From Diadema antillarum (taxonomy: Eukaryota): 64,000 nt of DNA. Shown piece by piece: positions 27,912-39,766 of the stretch. Location of the stretch: NCBI RefSeq assembly GCF_040938485.1, contig NW_027270898.1:62001-126000 (forward strand). The letters are read 5' to 3'. Numbering within the stretch: the first letter of the stretch is position 1; each line of letters begins with the position of its first letter. Position numbers and translations under genes: made by a program. Below the pieces are notes generated by a model that saw only the letters and a list, made by a program, of their open reading frames with translations, ran no database searches and had not been told where the DNA came from.

Positions 27912-28585
27912 CTTGCTTCTAAAAAGGGCTAAATCCATCATTTTTCAATGGATTTAGTGCCTTTTGGAAGCACGTATTTTTCAGATCGTCGAGCCCTTTA
28001 GTTCGTGCTATTTACAAAAGTGTAGTTGCAAGAACATGACTTCATTTTTGGTTTTGCATTTAAAACTTCACGTTAAAGGGATGGCATAGTATTGGTGGTA
28101 ATGAGGACTGGGATTTTAACTTTTTGCGAGATACCAAGAAACCACTTATGAAACAATACAGAGCTAACCATTGTAAGTGGAATTCAACGTTTACTTGATG
28201 AAAATTGGTTTCGAAATGGCTGAGACATCCAAAAAACAAAGTAAAACAAAACAATCGTAATAAAAGCTGGGTCCCATATTTTATTTGGATTGCTCTGTTT
28301 TCTCCGAATTCCACTTGAGTTACATGATCTTTCATATTTCAAAGGTTTCTCATTATCTTACCAAATATGCTAGAAACCTTGTTTGGTCTCAACCAAAACT
28401 TTACGGTCCCTTTAATAAAGTACCATAGCTTTTTTCTGTCAGGTCAGTGTGTGTTTTAGGACACGAAAAAGTACCGGGATAAAGGGGGATGATTAGCCTC
28501 CTCTTTCCTCCTCTCTCCTTTTCTCCTCCTCCCGTCAATGCCCATGATCTAGCCTGCAATAAAGATCAAGGGGGCTTTTAAGCTT

Positions 28586-28604
28586 GTGGCTCCAGATGGC
28601 GCTG
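28586..28604 (+). promoter_or_regulatory. Candidate CTCF-binding motif
   Basis: GTGGCTCCAGATGGCGCTG matches the CCAG(A/G)(T/G)GGCGC core of the bilaterian CTCF motif. Sequence match only. Confidence 0.4.
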
Positions 28605-29137
28605 TTGAATATAAAGTTTCATCATCTTTAAATACTCTCGACTACTCTATTTTGTTTCTTGCTTTATGCCAAACCCCAAGTGAATGCTGGTCCGAGAGCA
28701 GTCACTGAACATTTTGGTATCTTATCTCAAACAAACGTTTCTTTCAAAATATTGACTAGACGTAATGCCATACCTGAAAGCACTCCGCTGGATGTACAAA
28801 AGAGGTGTTTCATCGCCGCACTTCAGTGTACAAAGTACAGACACACATACACACACGTATACACACATACGTATACACTTTCTGTTTAATATATGTGCAT
28901 AACTATACGTGTTATACACACATTCAAATGTAGATATGATACATATACAGTATCTACAAATACCACCAAGGGTAAGTGACATAAAATATGGTCGTTATAG
29001 ACAGGTGGCCAATGTGGTCAAAGGTTAGCGCTGTGTAGCCTTTGACAGGTAATTTCCATTTCCTTGCTGGCATCTAGCTGCAACCCTTAAAAAAAACATA
29101 CTGCATGTATGTATGCATATATATATGTATATGATAA

Positions 29138-29270
29138 NNNNNNNNNNNNNNNNNNNNNNNNNNNNNNNNNNNNNNNNNNNNNNNNNNNNNNNNNNNNNNN
29201 NNNNNNNNNNNNNNNNNNNNNNNNNNNNNNNNNNNNNNNNNNNNNNNNNNNNNNNNNNNNNNNNNNNNNN
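29138..29270. other. Assembly gap (N run)
   Basis: Run of N next to TA-rich simple repeat. Confidence 0.99.
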
Positions 29271-30676
29271 CAATTTGATGAATCGTTATTGTTTATGCTA
29301 TAAGGTAATGTTTTATTCCATTTTAATTCTATGAACATTTCAATGAATTATACTTTTTCATTTTTTTTTTTAGATTGGAGCTAATTTCGCAGTTTGTTTG
29401 ATTTTGTAAAGCCTTGTAATAATTTGTTTTTCTTAAAAAACTGTTCTAGACGTTGGAATGGGCACACTGTAGTGCAGAACTTTCACATTAACACAGTTCA
29501 CACCTTTGCTGCCATTTATTTGGTCTATAGTTCTTTAAGTTTTTATCCTTTTTAGATACAAATGACATACAGTGACTTAACTAAATGAAGAAAAACAAAA
29601 TGAAATCATACTAAATGGCAAGAAAATCCTGCCACATTAGTCATCAAACATCGCATGAAGAAGCCTCCTCAGTATGAATGTACCTGAGTTGTTGTTGTTG
29701 TTGTTGTATTTGTTGTTTTGTTGATCTTACAGTAAGTAGTTACTTTTACATAACTTGAGGATAAAATACGGAAGAGAGAATACAATTGATATATCTGTTC
29801 GGTCTTGTCAAATGAAAAGGCAAATCGTACAGCGATGAGAGTCTTAAGAAAAGCAGAAGACTTCCATTGACTGCTGTCATCACTCACTCGAAGGTTCTCT
29901 AAGTCTTCTCGATCAATATCAGCGGGGAAAAGCAGATATGAAATTAAGTGCAGGTCAAATCGATGGTGCTTTTAGCACACAATGCACGCTTATTGACTGA
30001 CGAAGTGTCCAACGTGGCTTTGCAGGATATGAAAAGATGTAATCAGAAGGCTGAACATTCTTGCGGTATTCTTGAATCCGAGCATGCGCGGTGAATGCTA
30101 TCACGCGGAAGAGCGATCAGCAGTAAGAGGAATTAACTGTTAATTTGATGTCTTGCAAACGAATCAATAATGAAAAAAGAAATATATATATATAGAGAGA
30201 GAGACATAATTCTTTCCGATTTGAGTGTATTTACGTTTATATAATCATGTTATTTGAAAAGGCTGCCTACTGGGGAAGAAAGTTCAGTTACTCCTTGACC
30301 ACTTTCCGATCAATACTCTGGATGCATTGTGAGTTAAAAATACAATGTATATTATATTCTAAAATTGATTGCTTGCAACGATATTCTCATACTGATCCAA
30401 AACCGTTGAGTTAGAAATATCCCCTTTTTAACGACATGACATCCAACGTAATCATGAGTATGTTTTATCAAGGTCAAGTCATTGATAAAAAAAAAATGAT
30501 ATTTTCATAAATGTTTAATTTGACTTGTCTTGTTCCATTTAAGAAAATGTCTCTAATATTGACTAGAAAGTATAAAGTATCAATTTGAAACTGCACACTT
30601 TACGTTAGATCAGTTACTGGGCAAATCTTCACACCTTTACTAATACAAAGCAATGTTGAGGTTTGGAAAAGTTATT

Positions 30677-30762
<86 letters not shown>
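30677..30762. repeat. (TA)n microsatellite
   Basis: Direct reading. Confidence 0.95.
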
Positions 30763-30765
<3 letters not shown>

Positions 30766-33700
30766 TATTCCCCATCAAAATGCTGCAGCTTCGTGTATAA
30801 GTGTTTGAAAAAGAATTTAGGGGCATTTCTACACTTCTATCTATCAACCTCACCTTGAGTGAAAATGAGAATGATCTGTTGCGTTGTGCATGAGTAAGCA
30901 CACATTAAAAAAGAATGGTTACTTTTCTAGTTTCACCAGCACGACAAAAATCATTTCTTTAACAATATTTTGGCAAGTGCAGTTTCTGATTTTTGGTAAG
31001 TCCTTGTTTTGTCACCACTCGCTTCACACTTCTCATGCCATATTAACTGTTCACTATAAGTTTTTCTTGCTTCATTTTTAAAGTGTGCTCATTCAACCGC
31101 GACACTATACGACTACCTCTTATTCACTCAATGCACTGTTAAATCCTGTTTACATTAAAGTGATGTTAATTCTTTAAAACTGAATGAATTTTCCAAGTTC
31201 AGAAGGATTGAATATAGCCACCTCGCCTATAACTCTACTCACCCAACCGTAAAAAAGAAGTGGAACGTGTCGAGATAGGTGTGAGGGGGTCAAACGATAC
31301 AACCCCCCCCCCCCAAAAAAAAAAAAGTCCTGTAATTCTAGCTTGGTGCATCATATTTCTTTTAAATCGCCATCATTTCATTTAAATGTGACATCATATG
31401 AAGCGCGATTAATTTTCTTCACAATGACAACTCACTTGTTTGCATTATGTATTTCTGGAACGCACAGCACGACTTAGTGTCAGGAAAGGTCAAATGTGAA
31501 ATGTTGCAAAAATGGAGCAAACGTGTTATGTCAGACAGTGTAATCCCTATTTTGTTTTTTCTTTTCAGGAAAGGAATGTGCTTGAAAAGAATGAATGCAT
31601 TGTGGGATTATACAGGATCATCCATGAATTGAAAATTATAGTAGCGTTTGCAGATTACAATTAAATGTAAAAGTTGAGCAAACAATCATCTAATGCTTAG
31701 GAAAAGGGAGGATTTTTTTTTTTCGTGCTAACATTTCATCATTGCTTTAATATTCCAGTGACCTTTTCACTTTTGATCTGTCCCCATACTCAACTGCTTT
31801 GCACATTCAAAGAACACCCAGTCATATAGTAAGTGAGGTGTCATTTTAAAGATGATTGATCAGGCTTTCTTATGATGTTTTACTTAATGAAGTTAATGCC
31901 GGTGTAAGAGAAATATGATATATAAAATCTTAAATACGGAACCTATTTTGAGAGGATTGTACATATGACTTCCTCGGGCATACAGCTGCTGTAGAATAAC
32001 TGGTGACATTTAAGCTCGGTAAGAATAATAAAGCTTATTTACATTGTGCTAATAACGCATTGAAAGAGGACAATTAAGTAAACGTTATAATTTTGATCAT
32101 TACCCGGTGTGATATATCTATCACTCATACATATGACATGTATAAATCCCTATTTTTGTCAATCGGTTTATATTTATTATTCATAAGGTCGGATACATCG
32201 TAGCTCTTGTGTTTCCCTTTAATATTTCAAGGCTAATCTTCAATGAATATTAACTTGATGTTGCACTTTTGAAGAACAGTATCAACAGTATAGAATGCGT
32301 TGGTGTCTCTGTTGTTCGTGTTTGTGTATGTGGGGTAAAGTTTTGGAATCCACTTTCACTATTCTTGGCTCTTTTGAACTAAACACTTAGATTGGCCCAA
32401 GGTCTTGTTGCACCAACTACATCTTTTTCATGTCGTTGAATGTTTTCTCCGGTTTAAGTTGCATCTTATTTTTGCCTTGGTGACAAACAAATTTTGCTAG
32501 ATAGCTGGATGGAAAGGTAAGTAAAGATTCATTCTCCCATTCTCAGAGTTAAAAATTGGCAGAATTTAACAAAAATTCAAGGTGAGGAACAAGACATCAG
32601 TATTGATCAAAACGATTAAAATCGCGTTAGTAAAGACATTTTTTAACAGTGTTGTGAGAGAAGATGACTTGAATGATACAGGATTACACGACCAGAATAT
32701 TTTTAAAGATTGATGAATGGTCAGTTTAACCTCTGTTGATTTTCCCTTTGGAGGTTGAATAGATTAGTTGGATGTTGCAGACTACCACGAGCTCTACAGT
32801 AACGAAGCTAACAAACAAAAAGAAAGAAGAAAGAATGAGAAAAGGATGTGAGCAAATGTTCTTTATTCCCTTTGCAAGATTGAGGTTTAATTCAACTATT
32901 TACATTTCCAAGTAACACTCAGACAAGCATTGGACATGACATATGGCATTACAAAGAGAGATTATGCAAGAAGAAAGGGAATCGTTGTTAATGTAAGAAC
33001 ATAATATATGAAATACCTGTTGGTGTTATTCTTGGATCTTCAAAAGTCAGTTTGCAAAATAGCGTAAGTTCAATCTGCATCAATTTATGCCATACAGTGA
33101 TAGTATTGCCAATTTTATTTTGGCATTAATTAGGTTGAGAAACTGAAAAGGTGTTGGTGATTCATTTCTACTCTTTAAAGCTCAGTGAATAGCATGACTC
33201 ATTTGAATTCATTTTAAGTAAAATAATGTGTCGAACGAGTCAATAAGATACTATCACATCAATAAAGTATGACTGTATCAATGTTAATATAATGCGATCC
33301 CATCAGCAAAGTACGACTTTAAGAACATTGATATCATTCAGGCGAGTTTGAGTCGTGATGGCGGATCACTGTAACAGTAAAATCCTCCATCACATACAAC
33401 AGTGTATAGTTATTTGTTCTTCAATATCAAATGATTCAAATTGTAGAAAATTAATTCCAGGAGTACTTCGTTGTTTGCGGAATGCCATTTGTTGTCAAGG
33501 TCGTGCTGGGCGAAACTTACTAGTTCGTAACGTGCAGATCTTGTGACATGCGTCATGCGTTCTGTGACAACTGGTATCACTTTGGCTCATAGTTAATTCG
33601 GAGATGCATAATTATTGATAGGCTTTTAATATGATTAACGTGATTTTGATATCAACGTATTATCGCTTTGATGGAGATATATTTTTAATCTCCACGCAAG

Positions 33701-34948
33701 ACCGATTGACAATGTTGAGGCTATTCCTGTTGAATGGAATGGCACGGTTGACTTGACATTTAATTTCCGCCGATCCAAGGGCAACTCCAACATGGCACGG
33801 CTTTAAATAATTTCTTCCGAAGATTGTCAATTTTGTTTGTATCTAATTAGGTCAGAAATATTATTACATAGTAGAATTCCTCAAATCATTTCAACAAAAT
33901 CATTTTAGAAAATAAAGAAGTGGATGTCACATAGTTACAGTCATCATGTAGAAACATAGAGAATCTTAATAATGGCATAAACACGGAATTATGTTCTTAT
34001 ATTGCGTAACTTTGCTAAGCTTCTTTTTGCCTGGACATGTTTGAAAACACTGCACCTGTGAAAAGAATTTCGCTCCTATTTTTATTGCAATGCATCGAGA
34101 CGAAACAGGAATCAATAAAATGGAGTTCATGTACAATAATCGAGATGAATTTTTATACTTTTTATCGGAAATCAATAAGGCCGCGACCGGTGGTCAGGTT
34201 AACAGTCATATAATACGATTTATTTATAACTTCATAGTTTACAGTTGAATTTTTGGGGGTTTTGCGTGTCGTGAAATGCCTATTTCGTTTCCATTGCCTA
34301 AACAAATGACGGGAAATGAAGTCATCTTACACGTGTCAAGTTTTGAAGCTCACATTTTAATTGAGTAGATATGCACAAAAGGCAAACAGACAAAATCGAA
34401 ATGTATGAATTTGATAGGCAGTTTAAGTTCATTTCTTCTGCTCTGTGAAATCGAGCGCACTGAATTCTTAAGGGTACAGACATCATGAGGTATTGAATAG
34501 TTTTTTTCCCCACCCGTCGAGTGATTTGATGCAGCGTAGTTACCAGGCAACTGTTTGTAAGAAAGTCAAACGAGATACATGCCACTGGGTTTGTAGTATA
34601 TTAATCTTATCGAAGATCACCTGGAGACTATTCAGACCAAGTATTCATAATGTCTAGATGATCACAAGAATGTCTATTTTGAATCCAGGTATCACGGAAA
34701 GAGCACAAACGCGAAAACATACAAAATAGAAAACATTGAATACAAGTTCCATTTCCTCTAGCAATACCCTTCCTATCTTATTCTTCCAAATAAAAACATT
34801 GCAAATTTATGATAATCATACTTTACAGACTAGTGTTATGCGCGTAAACAAGGTCAAAGTCGTCTGACTACTATTTTCAAAACCTAGAATCATCGAGTAC
34901 AGCCCCCAACAAATCGCCCAAATCATTAAAACATTAAAATGGATGTGG

Positions 34949-35076
34949 NNNNNNNNNNNNNNNNNNNNNNNNNNNNNNNNNNNNNNNNNNNNNNNNNNNN
35001 NNNNNNNNNNNNNNNNNNNNNNNNNNNNNNNNNNNNNNNNNNNNNNNNNNNNNNNNNNNNNNNNNNNNNNNNNNNN
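34949..35076. other. Assembly gap (N run)
   Basis: Run of N. Confidence 0.99.
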
Positions 35077-35792
35077 GAAACATAACAAAACAAAAAACAG
35101 CGTACATAAGATGTATTTTCAAAGGTTTCAAATAAAACCCGCAAAACTACCGATACGTAAATGAATATTATTTGACACTCATATACAATTTCTCCCGACG
35201 TTCTTCAAACAATGAGTTTATACGGCCATGACACTATATTGCAGTGTTTCTCCTACTTGGCATTACACTGACATATATGACACATACTTCTACAGATCAA
35301 CATCATTATTCCAGCACAATGAACACATGGCATCACGCCCTCTGCACGACTACTGTTGAGTGAATGGCAGCAGATATCATGTACATGAACATATTTCATG
35401 TTGCATCTTTCTTTGCTTTAGAAAGGTCTGCTTCTTGTCAAATGTTTGCCTAAAACTGTAATTTGAATGTATTATCGTCCATTGTGTCGATGTAAATTCA
35501 ATATGAAATTGGTTTGTAAGTTTGATTTACAATGTGTGCTTTACGCGTGTATCAAAATAATGATAAGAGTATTAAATTCTGCTGTATTGTGTTCACGCTG
35601 ACATTCTGTTAATTTTTCTTACATTCTAAGGATAATACAGAGCAGAAATACGACTAAACTGAAAATGAAAGTCATGTATTAGTAACCATGATAATAATAC
35701 AAATAATTATGACAATGTAGGGATAACGATAAAAGCTCATCCTTATTATCATAAGCGTTGAGAATTTCATTCTGCTTTAAAGACAATGAATC

Positions 35793-35877
35793 GGTGTCAT
35801 TCCACGAGTCCGACAGCCACGAGTTATACAACCCATGGCTTAACACTAGGTAGCCTAAATGCACTAGACAAAAAAGG

Positions 35878-35917
<40 letters not shown>

Positions 35918-36129
35918 TCCAACACTAGGCAACGAAAAAAAAAAGCCAAAGAGGTCTACAATGCCTCTTGATGTAAAATAAGTGTCGGACTCGTGACCCT
36001 TGCTTGCTTACTGGTGGACTCATGGGCATTTTTGTTTTTTTGCGTAGTGTCGGACTCGTAGGCCTTGTTTGCCTCGCGTCGAGCTCGTGGGTTGTATGAC
36101 TCGTGGGTGTCGGACTCATGACCTGCACC
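35793..36129. mobile_element. 337-bp MITE with 9-bp TSD (Mutator/MULE-like)
   Basis: CAATGAATC at 35784-35792 and 36130-36138. GGTG...CACC termini, imperfect TIRs of about 45 bp, repeated GAGTCCGACA/TGTCGGACTC motif, internal (TA)n. Confidence 0.8.
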
Positions 36130-36986
36130 CAATGAATCAATAATCAGAGCAATCATTAATTCACACATTATGCATTCCTAATAACTGATGACATGAATGT
36201 TAAAGAGAGCGTGACTCAATATTCTCGAGTAAGCAAATGAAACTTCTATGTACAATAAATCGTCTAATTTATAATCGAGTGAGCTCATTATGCCAATTAA
36301 CAAGATTTTAATTGAACATTGACTTTATCTGTTTCAACAAATGAGGAAAAAAGAAAGCTTTGTGATTCCATGACAGTGTTAATGTTTCTCTATCTAGGAC
36401 CTTGCCCAGAGACCGAAATCGAGTTTTTTTTCTTTTTTTTTAGCCCTGCTCCAAGTTTTGATTTTATTTATGTCAACACGAAACGTCAAACTGTTCTTTA
36501 TCATTTTTGCTTAGCAATGCTTAAAATAATGTGCTAAAACAAATAAAACATAATAGAACAAATAACAAAGCCCAAATACCATGTGCCACTCTCTATTCCT
36601 TGTCATTGCTACATGATTGTCTTATACCATTTCTACTATAGTAGTAATCAATTTACTGCCACAAATTTAGTAATTAGAGTCCGATTTTAAATTCAGGTAC
36701 GCACATGACAATATTTTGCATATTGCATCAGAAAACACATTTTACTAGGTCTTATTAATGAACACATTTTACAATTTGTCTTCAGTGTGTTGAATTTATT
36801 GAAATTTTTGGGGTTTAAAATAAATGCTTATGATAAAGGTCTAAGTTGATCTACAAGCTACAGACTTCACTTTCACTGTCAAGCTTTAAAGATTACCAAA
36901 CTATGATAAATATTTATTACGAAACTACATTTGTGTTCATAACTTACGTTTGGTGCAACTTGAACGTTTAAAGGCGATCAAGTTTC

Positions 36987-38399
36987 TTAGACATCGACAT
37001 TGTAGATTGAAGGATCCGTATTTACTGTTATTTTTTCGCTGAATAAAGCTGCTCTACCCGACATGCTAGTGGTCGATTTGAACAATTCTCCTATCGCCTT
37101 GCGAAATTCAGGATTTCGAATAGTGTAAATGACAGGATTTGCGCAGGAATTACAGAAGGCTAAGACATTTAGAGTAGAAAATATAGCGCTGTACAAATAG
37201 GATGCTGGCAAAACACGAAGATTGTACAAGAGATATCCCGTCTGTGCCGGTGTCCACGAGATGAGAAAAACAGCGACAACAAGGAACAGAATCTTGAGAA
37301 CACTTTTTCGAGCTACAAGGTACTTAGATGTCGGGTTTAACTTGTTGCAGTTCAAATCTTCTCCCAACCTTCGGCGGGATTGTCGATGGAGCACCAGTGC
37401 GGTGAGACCCTGGGCTACTAGCATAATGAAAGCCGGTATGAGAAACTGAACGAGGAAAAGCATACAACCTGTCATTAGCTGGGCTAGCTGTGACTGAAAC
37501 ACCTCAATGCACGTGTCGTCCTTTGCGCTAGCAACAAAAAATAAGAAAAAGTTTGCCAAAAACGAAACCATCCATGTTACGGCAACAACTTTGCCAACTC
37601 TCTGCCGTGTTACAAGACGCTTGAAATGAAGAGGATGGGCAATCGCAATGTATCTCTCTATTGGAATTAAGGTCAGAGTGAAAATGGAGGCATCCACTGA
37701 AACCCACATTAACATGGACGTGTAAAGTACCTTGCAGTAGACTTCTCCAAGCCATGTTCCAGGAACCCTGAGTGGCGTAGGCAATGGGATCATGAACACC
37801 GACGTCAAGAAATCCGCAGCGGCAAGAGCACCGATCAGGGCATCAGTGGACCGGCAATTCTTTCGCCTTTGGAATACCACCGAAATTACGGTCAGGTTGC
37901 CCACTATTCCTAACATGGACATTGCTAGTTGCGGAATCGTCACCCATGTCCATGTAACTGGCTGCCACTTCCAAAGCAGCTGGGGAACAGCAGTTTCATC
38001 CTTATTTTCCTGAGTGAAATCCAGCGTAGTAATCTTTGCATTCTGTGTATAGATTTCAGTTTGATTTTCACGGTTGATTCTCAAAACGTTAAAATCCCTT
38101 TGTAGGAATGTCTTTATTGGATCGCTTTTGTCGTGGTGTGGGGTTGTTTCGATGTGAAAATGTATCCTTTCTAATCGAGTAGAAACTGCAACATTGTCTA
38201 AAGGTTGAATATGTGTCGTCGAATTGCCATTGATAACTTCACTGTCTGAATGACTTTTAAAAGTGGCATCTGATGCACCCGTAGCGTTTGGGGTAAAATA
38301 TTGAATAGGCACAGTGGTGACCGGCTGCGCCGTGAGTGTAAGATTGACTGTTCTAGATATGATAAGGAGAACGATCGTCCGAGTTGCCAATGTCCTCAT
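36987..38399 (-). CDS. Class A (rhodopsin-type) orphan GPCR, copy 1, 470 aa (galanin/allatostatin-receptor-like by motif resemblance)
   Basis: Signal-peptide-like start MRTLATRTIVLLII. GN in TM1, LAAAD in TM2, C...ERY in TM3, W in TM4, FLIP in TM5, FLISWTP in TM6, NSCANPVIY in TM7, helix 8 NPEFRKA. Start placed at the ATG shared by the paralogues, not the ORF-track start at 38483, which falls in the inferred intron. Confidence 0.95.
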   Translation of the reverse strand: MRTLATRTIVLLIISRTVNLTLTAQPVTTVPIQYFTPNATGASDATFKSHSDSEVINGNSTTHIQPLDNVAVSTRLERIHFHIETTPHHDKSDPIKTFLQRDFNVLRINRENQTEIYTQNAKITTLDFTQENKDETAVPQLLWKWQPVTWTWVTIPQLAMSMLGIVGNLTVISVVFQRRKNCRSTDALIGALAAADFLTSVFMIPLPTPLRVPGTWLGEVYCKVLYTSMLMWVSVDASIFTLTLIPIERYIAIAHPLHFKRLVTRQRVGKVVAVTWMVSFLANFFLFFVASAKDDTCIEVFQSQLAQLMTGCMLFLVQFLIPAFIMLVAQGLTALVLHRQSRRRLGEDLNCNKLNPTSKYLVARKSVLKILFLVVAVFLISWTPAQTGYLLYNLRVLPASYLYSAIFSTLNVLAFCNSCANPVIYTIRNPEFRKAIGELFKSTTSMSGRAALFSEKITVNTDPSIYNVDV

Positions 38400-38415
38400 T
38401 TTCGTGTGTTTTTTT

Positions 38416-39521
38416 CTGTAAAGAATATGATATAAAAAATAGATGGGATAGGTGTATTTGTCTTTTGTGATATCAGGAATCATTGAAAGCGCATTACCAC
38501 AAAAATCTTACTTTGACTTTGAAAACTTTGTGAAATCATACAAACCGATGAAATGCCATCAAAATGTAAAATCAGACCTCAATGGAATTTCAAAATGGCA
38601 AACGTTTCTTTTCTAAAGAAACAGTGATATTACTTGCTATCACGTATGCAAATCAGATGTTATAATGCCAAGGCATCTTTGGACGATCCGATAAACCATT
38701 ACATTTTCGTTTTTGAAATGAAATCATGAGTCATTTTTTCGTACATTATTGTTTCTTAGCTGTATAAACGAATCAACTCTTTGGCGTTTTGACTGCTGAT
38801 ACACGATTTCGTAAATTTCTGGTTACCAACTAGAAGGAAAGTTCGGAGGTCATGAAGTATTCACTCCATCTACTTATATTTGGTCATTAAGGTTAGGACC
38901 TACATCATTCTTCCATGAAAACACGTAAAAGTTGATTTCATCTGCTCTTTATAATTGAAGTGCCGGATTGTTTTATTTTGACTTCATTGGAATATAGGGG
39001 CGACACTGCATGCATTTTCAGCAGGACACAAATTGATTCGAACTTTACTTTATCAAATGCTGGGATTGCAAGAAGAGAAAAGAGAGAAAGTCGTTAAGCA
39101 AGAAAATTAGACCGACTAGTGAGATCTAATTCTCGCCAAGAAAGCCTTCGGAGGTCTATGAGAAACTAGGGCATCTTTTATGACAACAACTTAGGCAAAG
39201 ATAACTTTACTTCAATTTCTTTGGACACACCTCAAAAATGAAATGAGAATGATATGGTAATCAGCCATTTCCAACTTTAGGCTAGATGCTATAAGCTATT
39301 ATCGTGCTTCACGATGCTATAACCATGTTGTAGAACGTTAGAGCCTAATTTGATTAGAGCTGATTTGCTTAGTTACTTACTTCAAACGCGTTTTAATGAG
39401 TACAATGTATCTATTTCTTCAGGTATTGAAACAATGCTAATTATGTAATATCAATACCGTCTCTGATCAGAGTGATTATTCTATTGTAGGATTGAGCAAA
39501 TTTAACTAAAAAAAATCTTAC
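38416..39521 (-). other. Inferred 5' UTR intron of GPCR copy 1 (1106 bp)
   Basis: Donor CAG|GTAAGA at 39521 and acceptor TTCTTTACAG| at 38416, 16 nt before the ATG. Both positions are conserved in the paralogous units. Confidence 0.7.
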
Positions 39522-39680
39522 CTGAAGCAGCTGACTCCTTAGCACAGATTAGCAATACCTACAAGTCACGTACATCCGCATTTCGTCGTTAAAATGATGT
39601 GTTGGAACTGAAACTTTAAGCTTAAATAGTCCTCATATGATGCGCGTGAGCAGTGCATGGGTTGAAGTCAGCCAATGATA
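39522..39680 (-). promoter_or_regulatory. Inferred core promoter and non-coding exon 1 of GPCR copy 1
   Basis: TATTTAA on the minus strand at 39622-39628, CCAAT (AGCCAATGA) at 39672-39676, exon of about 75 nt ending at the donor. Confidence 0.6.
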
Positions 39681-39727
39681 TCATACGCCAAACATATCTA
39701 GACGGTTTTCCTTTTGAATTACAAACA

Positions 39728-39766
<39 letters not shown>

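Noticed and set aside
37222-38013. Recurrent antisense and alternate-frame ORFs over the GPCR genes (MNTDVKKS..., MAxxxLLQG...)
   Set aside because: They recur only because the genes are paralogous. Lengths and stops vary between copies and they show no independent protein features.
38400-38483. 28-aa N-terminal extension of GPCR copy 1 in the ORF track (and 21 aa for copy 3, 49046-49108)
   Set aside because: Not conserved between copies, it would bury the signal peptide, and it runs across the conserved splice acceptor into inferred intron.
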